Assembly: GCA_965649765.1 (NCBI GenBank) | Contig: OZ287755.1 | Span: 25,358,001 to 25,422,000 of the forward strand | Reading direction: 5' to 3' | DNA length: 64,000 nucleotides | Source: Bispira polyomma | Taxonomy: Eukaryota | Shown: in pieces, positions 12,556 through 25,695 of the stretch | Position numbering within the stretch: the first letter of the stretch is position 1 | Layout: each line of letters opens with the position of its first letter | Program-made: the position numbers and the translations under genes | The notes under the pieces: model-generated | The model's input: the letters and a program-made list of their open reading frames with translations, nothing else | What the model was told of the DNA's origin: nothing | Database searches by the model: none

Positions 12556-14199
12556 TAAATTACAATGTCAAGATCATAATCAATAATACTTTAAACCTTA
12601 TTAACCGCTACCCCCGCCCTCCCCCCCCCCCCCTTTCCAGTCCTATTAAAAAAATTATAGATTAATTTCTTTATTATGACAAAATAAAAACGAACCAAAA
12701 CTCTGTATAGTCTTTGTTTACATTTCAAAACCTTCCATTATGACATCACAGTTCAAATCTAAAAGATTTAATCTAGACTTTCATTATTACACTTGGTACC
12801 TTAAGGAATTAACTTAAAACATGTACTTAGAAGGTACTAAAAATAAAGTTTTATGTTCCAAAACATTGTTTACGGTTGATATTTTACATTAACTACACTT
12901 TTTTTCAACTTTCTAGCTGAAATATTATGTAAAATTAAATCTAAAAGCTTCCAAATTCCATTAAGTACTAAATATTCATATACATATTCACCAGCACTAG
13001 TGCATACAGAAAATATCCCCAAGCCTATACTTCCACTGTATGCTCCATATACATACCCAAGTGGATAATAAATGGCAATATTCAAAACTGCCCCTTAATT
13101 CACAATATTTCAGTCTTTGTCTCACTATAGATGTTCCTACTTTTTGTAACATCGGTTCATAAGTCAAAAAGGCATCTGAACAATAATTACTCATATTATG
13201 CTTCAAAGCTGTGGAATGATCTGCTTCATGATATTTGCACTGCCTCTTCACTTTAGAAGGATGCTGAAAACATCAGCAAGGCTTTTTACCTCAGCCTCCT
13301 GACCATTCCCTGCATCTCCACAGTCATAACCCCTGTATGTCAAATGGCTATATGAAATTATAAAAATAATTTTTCTGTCCCATGCACTTTACAATCCGCT
13401 AACACTGAGATAAGCGCAATAAAAGTTACAGTAGATTATTTTAAAATGAAGCTTAAGGTATGTAATGTAAGTTTAAGTGAAAATAGGTGATGTATTTCTT
13501 GCGAAAAAGCCACAAACAAAATTTACTAACTTATCATTTATTTTTCTAACATTTGCGTTTTTTGGCTATAGATCTCACTTTGTTACATTTGTAGCTATAA
13601 CTTTTTTTGAGATTACTACATTTGTTGTCGGACTTGCTACATTTGTGATTATAGCTACATATGTGGTTGGAATTGTTACATTTGTGGTTATATCTACATT
13701 TTAGTATTTGTTACATTTGTGGCTATTGGATTTACTACATTTGTGGTTATTATGTTTGTGGTTTCTCAGTTTGTTACATTTGTGGTTATAACTTTTTTGG
13801 AGATTACTACATTTGCTGTTGGGCATTGCTACATTTGTGGTTATAGCTACATATGTTGTTGGAAATTGTTACATTTGTGGTTATAGCTATATTTGTAATT
13901 TTTGTTACATTTATGGTTGCCACAGACGTCAAAAAAAAATGTGATGCCCTTAATATGCTGATGTAAAATAGGATACAGCGATAAGTTTTTCATAAAGAAG
14001 TATCATAAAACCTCTCAAATAATACTGACAGAAAGCTAGACATGGGTTTATTCCCTATGAAATATATATGTACAATTCATTGTCCTACTGAAGTACACCT
14101 GTTAGTTCCTTTACACAAATTCAACCATCTTCCTATAACAGTAAGCTGATACACAGGTTATTCCCTTTCCAATATATTCTTGAGCATTAATCAATTCAA

Positions 14200-15200
14200 T
14201 TAACATCCCTGTCCTATGACATAATAGTGACACGATTAGGACACAAATTGGTTGGGAATCCAGTGAAATGTCTAGATCGCCTCAATCCCAGTGGAACAAA
14301 CTACCTCTATCAAGCTTTACTCAAACGCCGAAGGGTAGAAGCCAAAGGAAAACAGTAGAGTGAAATGGGCCAGTAAAACCACAAATAAAGGATGTAAAAG
14401 AAGTAATTAACTACTGAAGCAGTGGTAAAGGAGGAGTGGTGCGAATAACTCCCTGTTGAACGCCATTTTAGTTTGCCCTTTAAGATAATAATAGTGGAGT
14501 TATGCTAGCAGGTAAGCTAAGAGGTAAAAATATTTAAGCTAGAACATACATTATTGGTGAACTGAGGTAGCAGCCCTCTACAGAGTCCACTGGGTATGAT
14601 ATAAAAGGACAAGTTAAATAGGCTCAGTTATGACCTTAATATAATTATATGTAAAGATGTAAGAAGTGAAAGGAATGGTTTAAGATTTTATTACATTACT
14701 TGTTAGTATGTGTATATGTACAAATGGAAACCAATACCAGTTACACATTCTTAAACAGGGTAAAACTTTTACACCCCATGCCAAACTAAAATGAAGGAGG
14801 GATTACAGAGGCAAAGGTGAGATGAACTATTAAAACAACATGAGAAGTTTGCTGCAGGTAAGTCCATATAGCAGAGGACCTCTAATGGCAGTGGGACATA
14901 ATATTTTAAAGATATGCATAATTATTGAAGCCAAAGGTGGCCCAAGACCTTCTGAAGTCATGGAAGCCATGATTTTTATATGGAATCCCTGAGTGAGAAA
15001 GTACTTTTTGTAATGAGATTCCAACGTGTTCATCAATGACAGATTGGAAAGGCGGAGAAGATTGCAAAATGTGCAAGCTGTGAAAGTGGTCGGGAGATAG
15101 GTTACCTCCTTAATGCCTCAACAGGACAAATCTATGGGTTTCCTTTTATAGGGATTTAGATGATGTGATAATAGTACTATTCTGCAAATTCTCTAGAGTG
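14200..15200 (-). mobile_element. Possible highly decayed DIRS tyrosine-recombinase region
   Basis: Minus-strand TFCNLLRLSNL near 15075-15040 resembles the YR first-Arg motif. It lies downstream of, and on the same strand as, the DIRS piece at 18184-18435. Confidence 0.3.
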
Positions 15201-15324
15201 AGAAGCCAGGTTATATAAGCTGAAAGCGGATAGGCAAGAAGCACTATTTTAGCATATTTCAAATAGACAATAAATGATGGTGAATACCATACAACACTAC
15301 AGGCCGGTGTCAAACCTAAGCTTC

Positions 15325-16258
15325 GTCTTCATCGAGAAGGCTGTAGCACTACAAATTTCTGACCACCTAAACAGACAAAACATTGAAAATCGTCATCAAT
15401 CTGTTTACAAGAAACTCCACTCCACAGAAAGTGCCCTTTTTCTATAATCAATATCAACCTTGCACTAGACCGCAATGAAACAGTGGCCCTCACCCTTCTG
15501 GATCTTTCAGCTTTCAAGCAGTGGTCTGGGATAAATGGCAGTGTCCTTAAATGGATCAGATCCTACCTTATTCTTAGAGCACAAATAATAAAATTAAATG
15601 ATAACTTATCCTTTTCCTTAAACCTACCATACAGAATTCCCCAGGGATCCGTCCTTGGGCCTCTACTTTTCACCCTTTATACACATCCTCTCAGCACTGT
15701 CATCAACAGTCATGATATAAAACACCACATGTATGCAGATGACATTCAAGTCTATCTATCTCTCAACCCTCAAAATGCAAATAAAAATATTGACCTACTT
15801 GCAGACTGTCTGTACGATCTCCAGGCGTGGATGAACTTCTCCAAACTAAAACTAAACCTGGACAAAACGGAATTCATTCTCATTGAAAACAACAAAAACA
15901 GTAAATTCCTAAAATCTTTGTTTCCCATCTCCTTTCTGGGAAAAGACATACTACCTTCTGAAAATGCAAAAAACCTGGGTGTCACTTTCGATTCAGCTTT
16001 TTCGTTTGACACTCATGTTTCTAACATCTGTCGAACCTGCTATTACCACATATGCTACATCAAAATAATACAAAAACACCTGTCAATGGACACTGCAATA
16101 ACGTTGGCTAACACCCTTGTTAACAGCCGCCTTGACTACTGCAACTCTCTTCTGTTCGGAGTACACTAGTCACAGATCAAAAAGCTCCAGTCCATCAAAA
16201 ACTACCTGTGCAGGGTTATTTTTCGAATGAGTTGTCACACAGATGTCAGTCCTTACTG
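15325..16258 (+). mobile_element. L2 LINE RT fragment
   Basis: ORF 15483-16169 contains LLDLSA, PQGSVLGPLLF, YADD, LKLNLDKTEFI and SRLDYCNSLL. Confidence 0.95.
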
Positions 16259-17297
16259 ATACATTATATTGACAAGGATATCTTCACATCCCTTACCTTA
16301 CACTGTACTGACATCTTTTATATCATGTCATCATTTTCTCTGGAAAAATATCAAATTAATTATCCAAACTTGTAATTATATGTATTCCATAAGCTGACAA
16401 TTTTTAGAACATAAAAATTTGTAAATATATTATATAATAAGAAACAACTGTGACAAAAAGGTGAATGAAATGAAGAATTTATTATTTGTTCATTTGTTAT
16501 TGTAAGCCATATTAGATGAAGCATTACACACAAGAAAAAAGCTAAGCGTTGTCATGTGTATGTGGTTAATTAAACAGTGCTAATGCCTGTGTCAACATAT
16601 GTTTCAGTTTTGAGGTCCAAAGTAATTATTCTGAAAATCAAATTGCTTGTAAAAAATGTAAATTTATAAGAGGATCGATGGTGGGATCTAGTGAGTCTCA
16701 ACTAAACCAGAACGTCTGTTTCGTACATGCATGTAGACTATAATGTTTGTGCACTTTGGGCACAAGAAATCAATACTTCAGCACTAGATTGATCTCATTA
16801 CACTGACACTTATGACTACACACTTATCACCACATATCAGTAATAATACACACAATGATAGGAGCATTTCAGTTTATTGATGAGGGCTATTATTGTAGAT
16901 AACAATAATGTTTTATACAGCCCATCAACCCCTGTGTACATGGTGGCAATGACCAATGGATGCTCTGAGAGAACAAACATTACAGGTTTTGAACTGAAAT
17001 CAATAGAAACGAATCAGTCCTCAGTATTGGTTTTATTGCTGCTATATATTTGCCTTGTTGTTACTTAAAAATGAACTGATTATCTTTATTTGAAAGCCCT
17101 TACCACCTCAAGTAATTATTTGAGAAACCCTGTGGTTGTATTAAAAACATTAAGCCTAACTTAAAGACAACTGACATAAAGGCAATCTGTTATTCACTCA
17201 TGCAAATAAACCTATGCATGCAAACACTCATATCTGAATTTAAATGTGCAGTCATTTTTTACCAACGTTTACATTTGAGCCTGACACAAGGATACGG

Positions 17298-17890
17298 TTG
17301 AGATGTTTAAACTAACTGGAGATATATCTTAGATTTAAGCTTGGCTGAGATCAGCTGGAGATGTTTACACGTGCCAGAGATATGTGTATAACTTAGGTTT
17401 GAGTTTGGCTCTGATATATACTGGAGATGTTTACACTAGCCGGAGATATGTGTATAAGTTAGAATTGAGCTGGGCTCTGATATAAACGGGAGATGTTTAC
17501 ACAAACCACAGATATGTGTATAAGTTAGATTTGAGCTTGGCTCTGATTTTAACTGGAGATGTTTAGACAAACCACAGATATGTGTATAAGTTAGATTTGA
17601 GCTTGGCTCTGATATAAACTGGAGATGCTTACACAAACCAGAGATATGTGTATACCTTTGATGTAAGCTTGGCTCTGAGATCAGCTGGAGATGTTTACAC
17701 TGGTCAGAGGTATGTTTATACCTTAGATGTAAGCTTGGCTCTGAGATCAGCTGGAGATGTTTAAACTAACCAGAGATATGTGTATAACTTAGAATCAAGC
17801 TGGCTCTGATATAAACTGGAGATGTTTACACAAACCACAGATATGTGTATAAGTTAGATTTGAGCTTGGCTCTGATATAAACTGGAGATT
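17298..17890. repeat. 66-bp minisatellite, about 9 copies
   Basis: GGAGATG recurs at 17357, 17423, 17489, 17555, 17621 and onward. Confidence 0.95.
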
Positions 17891-17899
17891 CAACAAATG

Positions 17900-18450
17900 C
17901 ATATCATATCACAATCAGGTGTCCAAAAGCAGAACCGCTTAGTTTTGTAATCTGCAAACAACTGGCCTTCAGCAGTAAGTAGCCAATTCCCCCCATCCCA
18001 ACAATCCCAGGAGAAAAAGCACCAGTAAAGTTTACTTTGATTAAATCCCTCCTGTTTCATTGACACATAAACACAGGTAATTGAAACGTGTACATTCTTG
18101 AGTGCACAAAATAACCTAAACTATGCTAAACTAGGAATACTACTTGTCAATATAAACCCACTGCCAGTGTTGGAACTGCGGACCTACGGCACCAAATCGC
18201 CTAGCAGAGGGAGGTATAACCCATGTAGGTACTTAGTAACTGCCTCAGTATACTGCAAATCTGAGTGATGGTTATCTATATTAGTTTGGTTTAGGGCCTG
18301 TGGGTTGCCAAGAGAAAGAGGGAGCCCAAATTTGAAGTATTGGCAGATTAGTTGATCGGGATGATTACATGTAATGGTTTCCCAAGCTTCTATGGTCAGA
18401 TCGCATTTTATTGAGATTCGAGCCACGAGATTCAAACACCCGTAGATCTT
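17900..18450 (-). mobile_element. DIRS-type retrotransposon remnant (region preceding the RT)
   Basis: LTIEAWETITCNHPDQLICQYFKFGLPL...NHHSDLQYTEAVTKYL fits the W-x6-D-x7-GFP...NHxSA pattern found upstream of DIRS RTs. Confidence 0.55.
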
Positions 18451-18595
18451 ATGGTGTCCGTAATGTGATACATGGTACTAATTAAGTTAACTGATGAATT
18501 GAAAGGGTGTTTTTGAAGTTTTTATAAAGCCCACAGTTTCCTGTGGGTCAGAAATATCCTAACTGTAGTTTTCAGGAGAACAATTTGATGCCTCA

Positions 18596-18803
18596 GGCAA
18601 GCATTGAGCTTAACAATCACTGGTCTCTCACCTCTGGAGATTGACTGGTGTGGGTTCGACTGGCGTGGCTTCCTTACTGTGGGACGCTGGTGCAGAACCT
18701 TGATCAACTGTATGTAGTGTTTCCTCCAGTGTTTCCAACTACCCGTCCCAATATAACCTAAACAGGTACTAAAGAGGACGTTGAATATCCCAATTAAAAA
18801 AAA
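18596..18803 (+). mobile_element. tRNA-derived SINE (family A), diverged
   Basis: Shares GCAAGCATT...ACAATCACTGGTCTCT and AGAACCTTGATCAACTGTATG...TATCCCAATT with 39705-39967. Confidence 0.8.
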
Positions 18804-19574
18804 CAGAATTTGAGAAGACCAAGCATAAGCTCATCGTTCTATGTACTCAGATGCTATTGCTTTGTCTTCTCTTGTGGTAAAATTTTAAAATATGAAGCAT
18901 GAGAGTTGTTCTACTTTTATTGTTTACTTGAAATATCATTATATTAACTGACGTAATTCACAATACAACACTAACAGTCGACAAAAGGTCATTACTTCAT
19001 TACTTCATTACACTGCACATGGGCCAAATTAAAATAGTCTTGAACTTGCCAATAGGCGAAAAGAAATACCATCTATACACCTTTCTATATAGTAAAAGTT
19101 TTCCTCATGTATCTCAGCCACATTATAAAATATTGTAAATAATACTGCTATATGTGTTTAAATCATCTGAAGTTTATACAGTACAACTACTACAACCAAT
19201 CTTTTTATCAAAACATAGTCTTGTTCTCATATCATGTTCAGACAATAAGAAATGTGGCCCTTAATTAAATAATTGCTTGATTATCTGCAATAGTGTAGCT
19301 GACAAAGTGTCATTGACAGGTGTCATTAAATTTGTTTTTGTTGATACAGACTCCTGATTACTTAGTAGTTAGCATGAAGACACCAATTGATCTTGCAACA
19401 CCCAGTTGTCAGGCTCATTACAAATGTAGAATGAATTGATTAATTCACCATTCTTTGATATATAAGCACGTTGCTTCGTACTTTGTTTATCCTTATAATG
19501 CTACTGATTTAAGTCTATATAACACCAATCGATGAGGCCTGAATAAAAGTGCTAGTTGGTGTGATGACGTTACT

Positions 19575-20025
19575 TTTCCAAGTGAAGTTGTGCAAAGTGA
19601 AAAATAGGAGACCCCAGGAAGAACCCTGTGGGACACCAAAGGGCAGGTCAATGGAGATGACTTGGATCCACTAACTTTGATAACTTGACCTCAACGTCTA
19701 GATAAGATTGGATAGATTGGAGAACAGAGTTTGATACACCAAATCCAGAATTAAGATATAAGTAAAGTATATTGCGATCAATTGTATCAAATGTGGCAGA
19801 CAAGTCAAAAAGGGCTATGGCAAATATATAGCTTATATCCAAGACCATGGTGATACTGCTTATTTTCAGTGTTGCAAGTGTTTATTTGTTTGAAGTGCAA
19901 CAGCTTCCCCTATCAACTTAGACAAAAAGCTGAGATTTTATACTGGTGTATAATTTTTAAGGTCATTTCTATCCAAACCATGTCTTTTTCTGTAGTGGGG
20001 TAACATAAGCAGTTATAAAATATGT
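19575..20025 (-). mobile_element. L2 LINE RT fragment
   Basis: FDLSATFDTID and GVPQGSSWGL remnants. Confidence 0.75.
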
Positions 20026-20030
20026 TGAAA

Positions 20031-21972
20031 ATCTAATCTAATCTAGTCGTACTTTTATAGTGCTTAATCTTCGTACAAAAAATTCTAAGGCGCAACAAAC
20101 CCAAAACAATTAATTAAAAATCGAGAAATAGTGGGCGGATGGAAGTAGTGACCAGAAAGACTACCGTAATTGTTGCGACGGCTAAGGTGGAAAAGCCCCT
20201 TCAAAAACGTAGGCCTTCAGCTTACTCCTGAAAGAGGAGAAAGTTTGAGCCAGGCGAACATGATCAGGTAGGCTGTTCCAAATACGGGGGCCATAATGAG
20301 CTAGCCAGTGATCGAGCTGAATTTTGGATTTGTGGATGCGAGGGTCGAATTGAATTGAATTCGGATATTTAACGCTCACTCTAGTACCTGTTTAGGTTAT
20401 ATTGGGACGGGTAGTTGGCAACGCTGGAGGAAACACTGCATACAGTTGATCAAGGTTCTGCACTGAAACCAGCAGCCCAAAGTAGGAACTACCACCTTTC
20501 CCACATAGGCATCGATGGGATTTAAACTCACGCCGCCCAGAGATGAAAGACCAGTGATTGTTAAGCGCAATGCTTGCTAACCACTAGGCCACCACAGCCC
20601 GCAATCCCAGGGTCGAAATATTAGGGTATAATTTATTAGGGTTACTGCGCCTTGTACAGACTGAGCATGTATATTTGGATAGATAGGGACTGAAATAGAT
20701 GGGTAATCCAGAATTTATATAAAATTGTTGCTATTTTGAAAGCAACACAATATTTTATTGGGATTCTGTGCAGTGACTTGAGTACAGGAGTAATGTGAGA
20801 GAATTTAGAAATTTTGGTCACAATGCATGCCAGTGAGTGTTAGATATTCTGAAGGCACTACAAGATAAGGAAACGGGACAGTGAGATGCAGTTTATTGCT
20901 GACTAAAGCATTGGCAACAGTAATTGTAGTGGATTTGGAAAGATAACGTTGGAATCACGGAGGTCAACAAAACATGATCTACACACTGATGCAACATAGT
21001 TAGAGAAGGAAAAGTCAGAGTCGAACACCACACCCAGGTTTCGTACTTTGTCAGCTGGAAAAAACCTGCTGCCAAGAATGTCAAGTGGAAAACAGCTGGA
21101 CAGTTTTTCCCGTTGTGACTTGGAGCCGAACAAAACAAACTGAGTCTTCTCAGGGTTCAGCTTGAGTTTATTTGCTGCCATCCAGTGTTGTATATCAACA
21201 AGGCAGTTCTGTAAGGAAGTGAAAGCCTCTGGGCAGAGTCAGGTGTAAGGTTCATGTACAGTTAGGAATCAAAGAAGTGAAAGTGAATCAATAGAAGTGA
21301 AAGTTTATGTTTGTGTATGCAGCAATGATCTTGCTGAGTGGAGTGGTGTACGTGGAAAACAAAATTGGACCCAGGACTGAACATTGGGGAACATCAAATT
21401 TTAACCATGTTGGGTCGGATAAGATATTGCAAATTTTGACCGATTGGAATCTATCAGAAAAATATGCCGTGAACCACTTAAGTGCCATATCGCTGATACC
21501 GAACCAAGACGATAGGCACTCAAGAAGAACTTTCCAATCAATAGTATTAAACGCTGCTGACAGATCCAGCAGTACTCGGGCAGTAGGCATACTTTTAGAT
21601 AAAATGTATGAACATCATTTTTAATGCATAGTAGTGCAGTCTCAGTAGAATGACCACTTTTGTACCCTGACTGATACTTGTTGGATAGATTGCTGACGTC
21701 AAAATGTTGTTTGATCTGTAAGGCAACTGCACGTTCTACCAACTTAGAGATATAGCAAAAGCCTGAGACAGGAAGGTAATTTTTTAAGTCAGCCTTTGGA
21801 AGAGAAGGTTTTTTTATTAAAGGAGTGACAATGGCCTTTTTAAAATTATTTAGAAAGACGCCATTGACCATTGACCAGTTGTGTGATTGAGGGCAATAAA
21901 ATGTCAATACATTCCTAGACAAGAAATGTGGGCCACGAATCTAACAAGCAGGATTTTACGGATGATGCCAGT
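20031..21972 (-). mobile_element. L2 LINE, 5'-truncated and decayed; same family as 22071-25695
   Basis: (TTAGA)n tail at 20031-20045; 3' UTR and RT colinear with the adjacent copy; interrupted by a SINE. Confidence 0.95.
20350..20608 (-). mobile_element. tRNA-derived SINE (family A) inserted in L2, 9-bp TSD
   Basis: A-box TGGCCTAGTGG and B-box GAGTTTAAATCC; TSD AGGGTCGAA at 20341-20349 and 20609-20617. Confidence 0.9.
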
Positions 21973-22070
21973 CAACCCTCTTAAAGTGAGTAGTTAAAAA
22001 TGCAAAACCTTACCTGTGTATTATGGAATTGGGTATCAGCTAAAATGTCTTACCTGACATAAGGCACATA

Positions 22071-25000
22071 TAATCTAATCTAATCTAATCTAGTCGTACT
22101 TTTATAGCGCTTAATCTTTGTACAACAAATTCTAAGGCGCAACAAACCCAAAATGTTAATCGCAAATCAAAAATAGTGGGCGGATGGAAGTCGTAACCAG
22201 GGAGACTACCGTAGATGGTTGCGACGGCTAAGGTGGAAAAGCCTGTTCAAAAAGATAGGCCTTCAGCTTACTCCTGAAAGAGGAGAAAGTTTGAGCCAGG
22301 CGAACATGATCAGGTAGGCTGTTCCAAATGAGGGGGCCATCATGAGCTAGGCAGTGATTGAACTGAACTTTAGATTTGTGGATGCGAGGGTCGAAAGTGG
22401 GAATGTTAAGGTATAATTTATCAGGGTTACTGTGCCTAGTCCTGACTGAGCATGTATATTTGGATAGATGGGGGCTAAAATAAGTGGGTAATCCAGAATT
22501 TAGAAATTTATATATTATTGTTGCTGTTTTGAAAGCAACACGATATTTTATTGGGAGCCAGTGCAGTGACTTCAGTACAGGAGTAATGTGGGAAAATTTA
22601 GATGTTTTGGTCACAATACGTGCCAAGGAGTGTTGGATATTCTGAAGGCGTCTGAGATCACTACGAGATAAGGAACGGAACAGAGAGTTGCAGTAATCAA
22701 GCCTGCTGCTGACCAAAGCATTGGCAACAGTGATTGCAGTGGATTTTGAAAGATAGCGTCGAATCCGCCTGAAATCACGGAGGCCAACAAAACATGATCT
22801 ACACACCGATGCGACATGGTTCGAGAAGGAAAAGTCAGAGTCGAACACCACACCCAGGTTTCGTACTTTGTCAGCTGGAAAAAACCTGCTGCCAAGAATG
22901 TCAAGTGGAAAACAGCTGGACAATTTTTCCCGTTGCGACTTGGAGCCAAACAAAATAAACTCAGTCTTCTCAGGGTTCAGCTTGAGTTTATTTGCTGCCA
23001 TCCAGTGTTGTACATCAACAAGGCAGTTCTGTAAGGAAGTGAAAGCTACCTGGGCAGAGTCAGGTGGATGTACAGTTGGGTATCATCAGCATAGAAGTGA
23101 AAGTTTATGTTTTTGTATGCAGCAATAATCTTGCTGAGTGGAGTGGTGTACATGGAAAACAAAATGGGACCCAGGACGGAACCTTGGGGAACACCAAATT
23201 TTAACCATGTTGGGTCGGATAAGATATTGCCAATTTTGACTGATTGGAATCTATTAGATAAATATGCCGTGAACCACTTAAGCGCCATACCGCTGATACC
23301 GAACCAGGACGATAGGCACTCAAGAAGAACTTTGTGATCAATAGTATCAAAGGCTGCTGACAGATCCAGCAGTACTAAGGCAGTAGGCACACCTTTAGAA
23401 AAAGATGTATGAACATCATTTTTGATGCAGAGAAGTGCAGTCTCAGTAGAATGACCACTTTTGTACGCTGACTGATACTTATTGGACAGATTGCTGACGT
23501 CAACATGTTGTTTGATCTGTAAGGCAACCGCGCGTTCTACCAACTTAGAGATATAGCAAAGGCCTGAGACAGGACGGTAATTTTTCAAGTCAGCCTTTGG
23601 AAGAGAAGGTTTTTTTATTAAAGGAGTGACAATAGCCTTTTTAAAATTATCTGGAAAGACGCCATTTATCAACGAGAGGTTGATAAGTTTTGTGATTGAG
23701 GGCAATAAAATGTCAATACATTCTTTGACAAGGAATGTGGGCCACGGATCTAGCAAGCAAGATTTTACGGGTGATGCCAGTATAATTTTCCTGACTTCAT
23801 CAACAGTTACTGTGGAGAAACAGTTGAAGACGGTTGGTGGAGCTGTTGGTAAAGGGGCATTTGGGGCAGCTAATGTAAAACCGTCACGGATTCTGGTAAT
23901 TTTATCAGTGAAAAAAGTACTAAAAATGTTTGCCAGTGATTTGCTATTGGAATTTTCGGGTAGTATAGTCTGTTTTTTGCGGTGGAGGGTGTTATTTAGT
24001 TTTTGCCAAAGTTTCTTCGGGTTACCCTCGTTTTGAGATATCATGTTAGCATAGTAGGCACGTTTTGAGTCATTTATAGTGTTGTTGCACCGGGTGATCC
24101 ATTGGCGTAGTCTAGATCTATTTGTAGCTGTTTTGTTTTGGCGCCATGTTCGTTCGGCTTGCCTGCGCAGCATCTTCATTTCACAATAATTACTGGTGAT
24201 CCACTCAGGTGCTGGCTTCTTCAATGTCTTTGATTTACATGGCGCATGGCGTTCTATAAGAGACAGCAGGTCAGTGCAGTACTGTGTGTATAGGTCAGTG
24301 GCATTATCAGCAGGAGACTTGGCGAAGGCCGTATCTGCCAACTCTAGTCTAAGGTCAGACATATTGATTTTTTGAAATTGCCGAAAAGTGATTTGTGTGA
24401 CATCAAAAGATGGTGGGGAGGGAGCATCAATTTCACAGGATATCGAAAAATGATCACTGATGCAACCAATGTTTTTTATGTTTTTGATACCATTGAAATC
24501 AGTAGGAGTTAGCAAGCAATCTAGTGTATGCCCATGAATATGGGTAGGGAACTGTGGAAAACCGATTACTATTTCCAGATGCGGTGTCTATGTGAATATT
24601 GAAATCCCCACAGAATACAGTAGGAGAGGGTAACGAGCAAGTAAACCCAACAAAAGACATGAATTCTTCGAAAAATGTAGTGAGATTTGAGCCAGGAGGC
24701 CGATAAACTGTTGCAAAATTTAAACACTGGTTTTTCCAGTGAGCAGAGACAAGGATGAGTTCGAAAGATGTAAAACTTGGTGTAGCAACTAATCGACATT
24801 CATAGTTTTTCTTAATAAAAAATTCCACCCCCCCACCCTGTTTACCTACACGAGGGGTATGGAATAGCTGAAAGTCAGCTGGGGTAAGTTCAGAGAGGAA
24901 TGATGGAGTATCAGAACTCCTAATGTGTGTTTCTGTGATGCCGAAAATATCTATGGAGGATGAGTCGATCAAATCAGCTATGACAGGGCCTTTATTCCGC

Positions 25001-25695
25001 AACGAGCGGGCATTTCCAAATCCGAACTGAATTGGGCCAGGGTTACTCGCAATATCACCTGCCAGTAGGATAGTAATGAGTTTGAATGTTTTAGCCTTTG
25101 GTAGGTAATTGACTGGGCAGAATTTAGATCGAAAATAACAGTGTGTGTGGAGGGACCAGAAGTGTGGAACAGGATTGCAAGACAAATTAATGTCTTCCAG
25201 GTGGTATTGCATTGACAATGTATCAGATAATTTTAAGTCGTTGCGATAACAGAACGTAAGGAATGATAGGTACAAGATGGCAGCCCTAATGGCAAACATA
25301 TTGTAAGGGGGGAAAAAAAACAAAAAAAACTCAAAGGTAGAGTATAAACAAAGCAATTCGGAGAAAAACAAGGAATAAAATATTGCGTGAGGATACAAAA
25401 GGTGTGCCAAGCGCTAAAAGTAAACGTGATGGTACAAAAAAAAGGGGTACCAAGCACAAAAACAGAAAACAATATAGAGTGGTGATAGTCGATAATAGGG
25501 GATGGTTTTCAGTACAACCCCAAATTCAAAAAAATAAAAAGTGTTGTACAAAGACTAAGCATAAAAATAGAAAAACAGTTTATATACTAACATGTGAGGA
25601 TGATTTTTAAGTAAAACAAGCCAAAACGTGGGTATAAAAAGACTAGATTAATTTAATTTTGACAATTACGAGCCGCCGCCGCCAAACCGGAAGTC
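22071..25695 (-). mobile_element. Near full-length L2 LINE without ORF1: leader, 2A-like motif, APE and RT; two frameshifting deletions
   Basis: APE motifs NARSL, ITETH, YRPP, GDFN, GHTLD, SDH. RT motifs NYRPVS, LDLSAAFDTIDH, GVPQGSVLGP, YADD. (TTAGA)n tail. Frameshifts near 24555 and 23065. Confidence 0.95.
25033..25080 (-). other. 2A-like (StopGo) motif LITILLAGDIASNPG|P
   Basis: Directly precedes the APE domain and matches D(V/I)ExNPGP except for Ala in place of Glu. Confidence 0.7.

Larger units (their letters stand above)
9665..13924. mobile_element. Non-autonomous DNA transposon with TG...CA ends and internally repetitive (foldback-like) TIRs; GACGTC flanks
   Basis: Left end TGTGGCAACCATAAATGTAACAAAAA is the reverse complement of the right end. 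ACAAATGTA/TACATTTGT arrays at ~9665-9835 and ~13545-13924. GACGTC at 9659-9664 and 13925-13930. Confidence 0.8.

Noticed and set aside
17298-17890. 22-aa repeat ORF 17436-17636
   Set aside because: By-product of a 66-bp minisatellite; neighbouring units contain stops.
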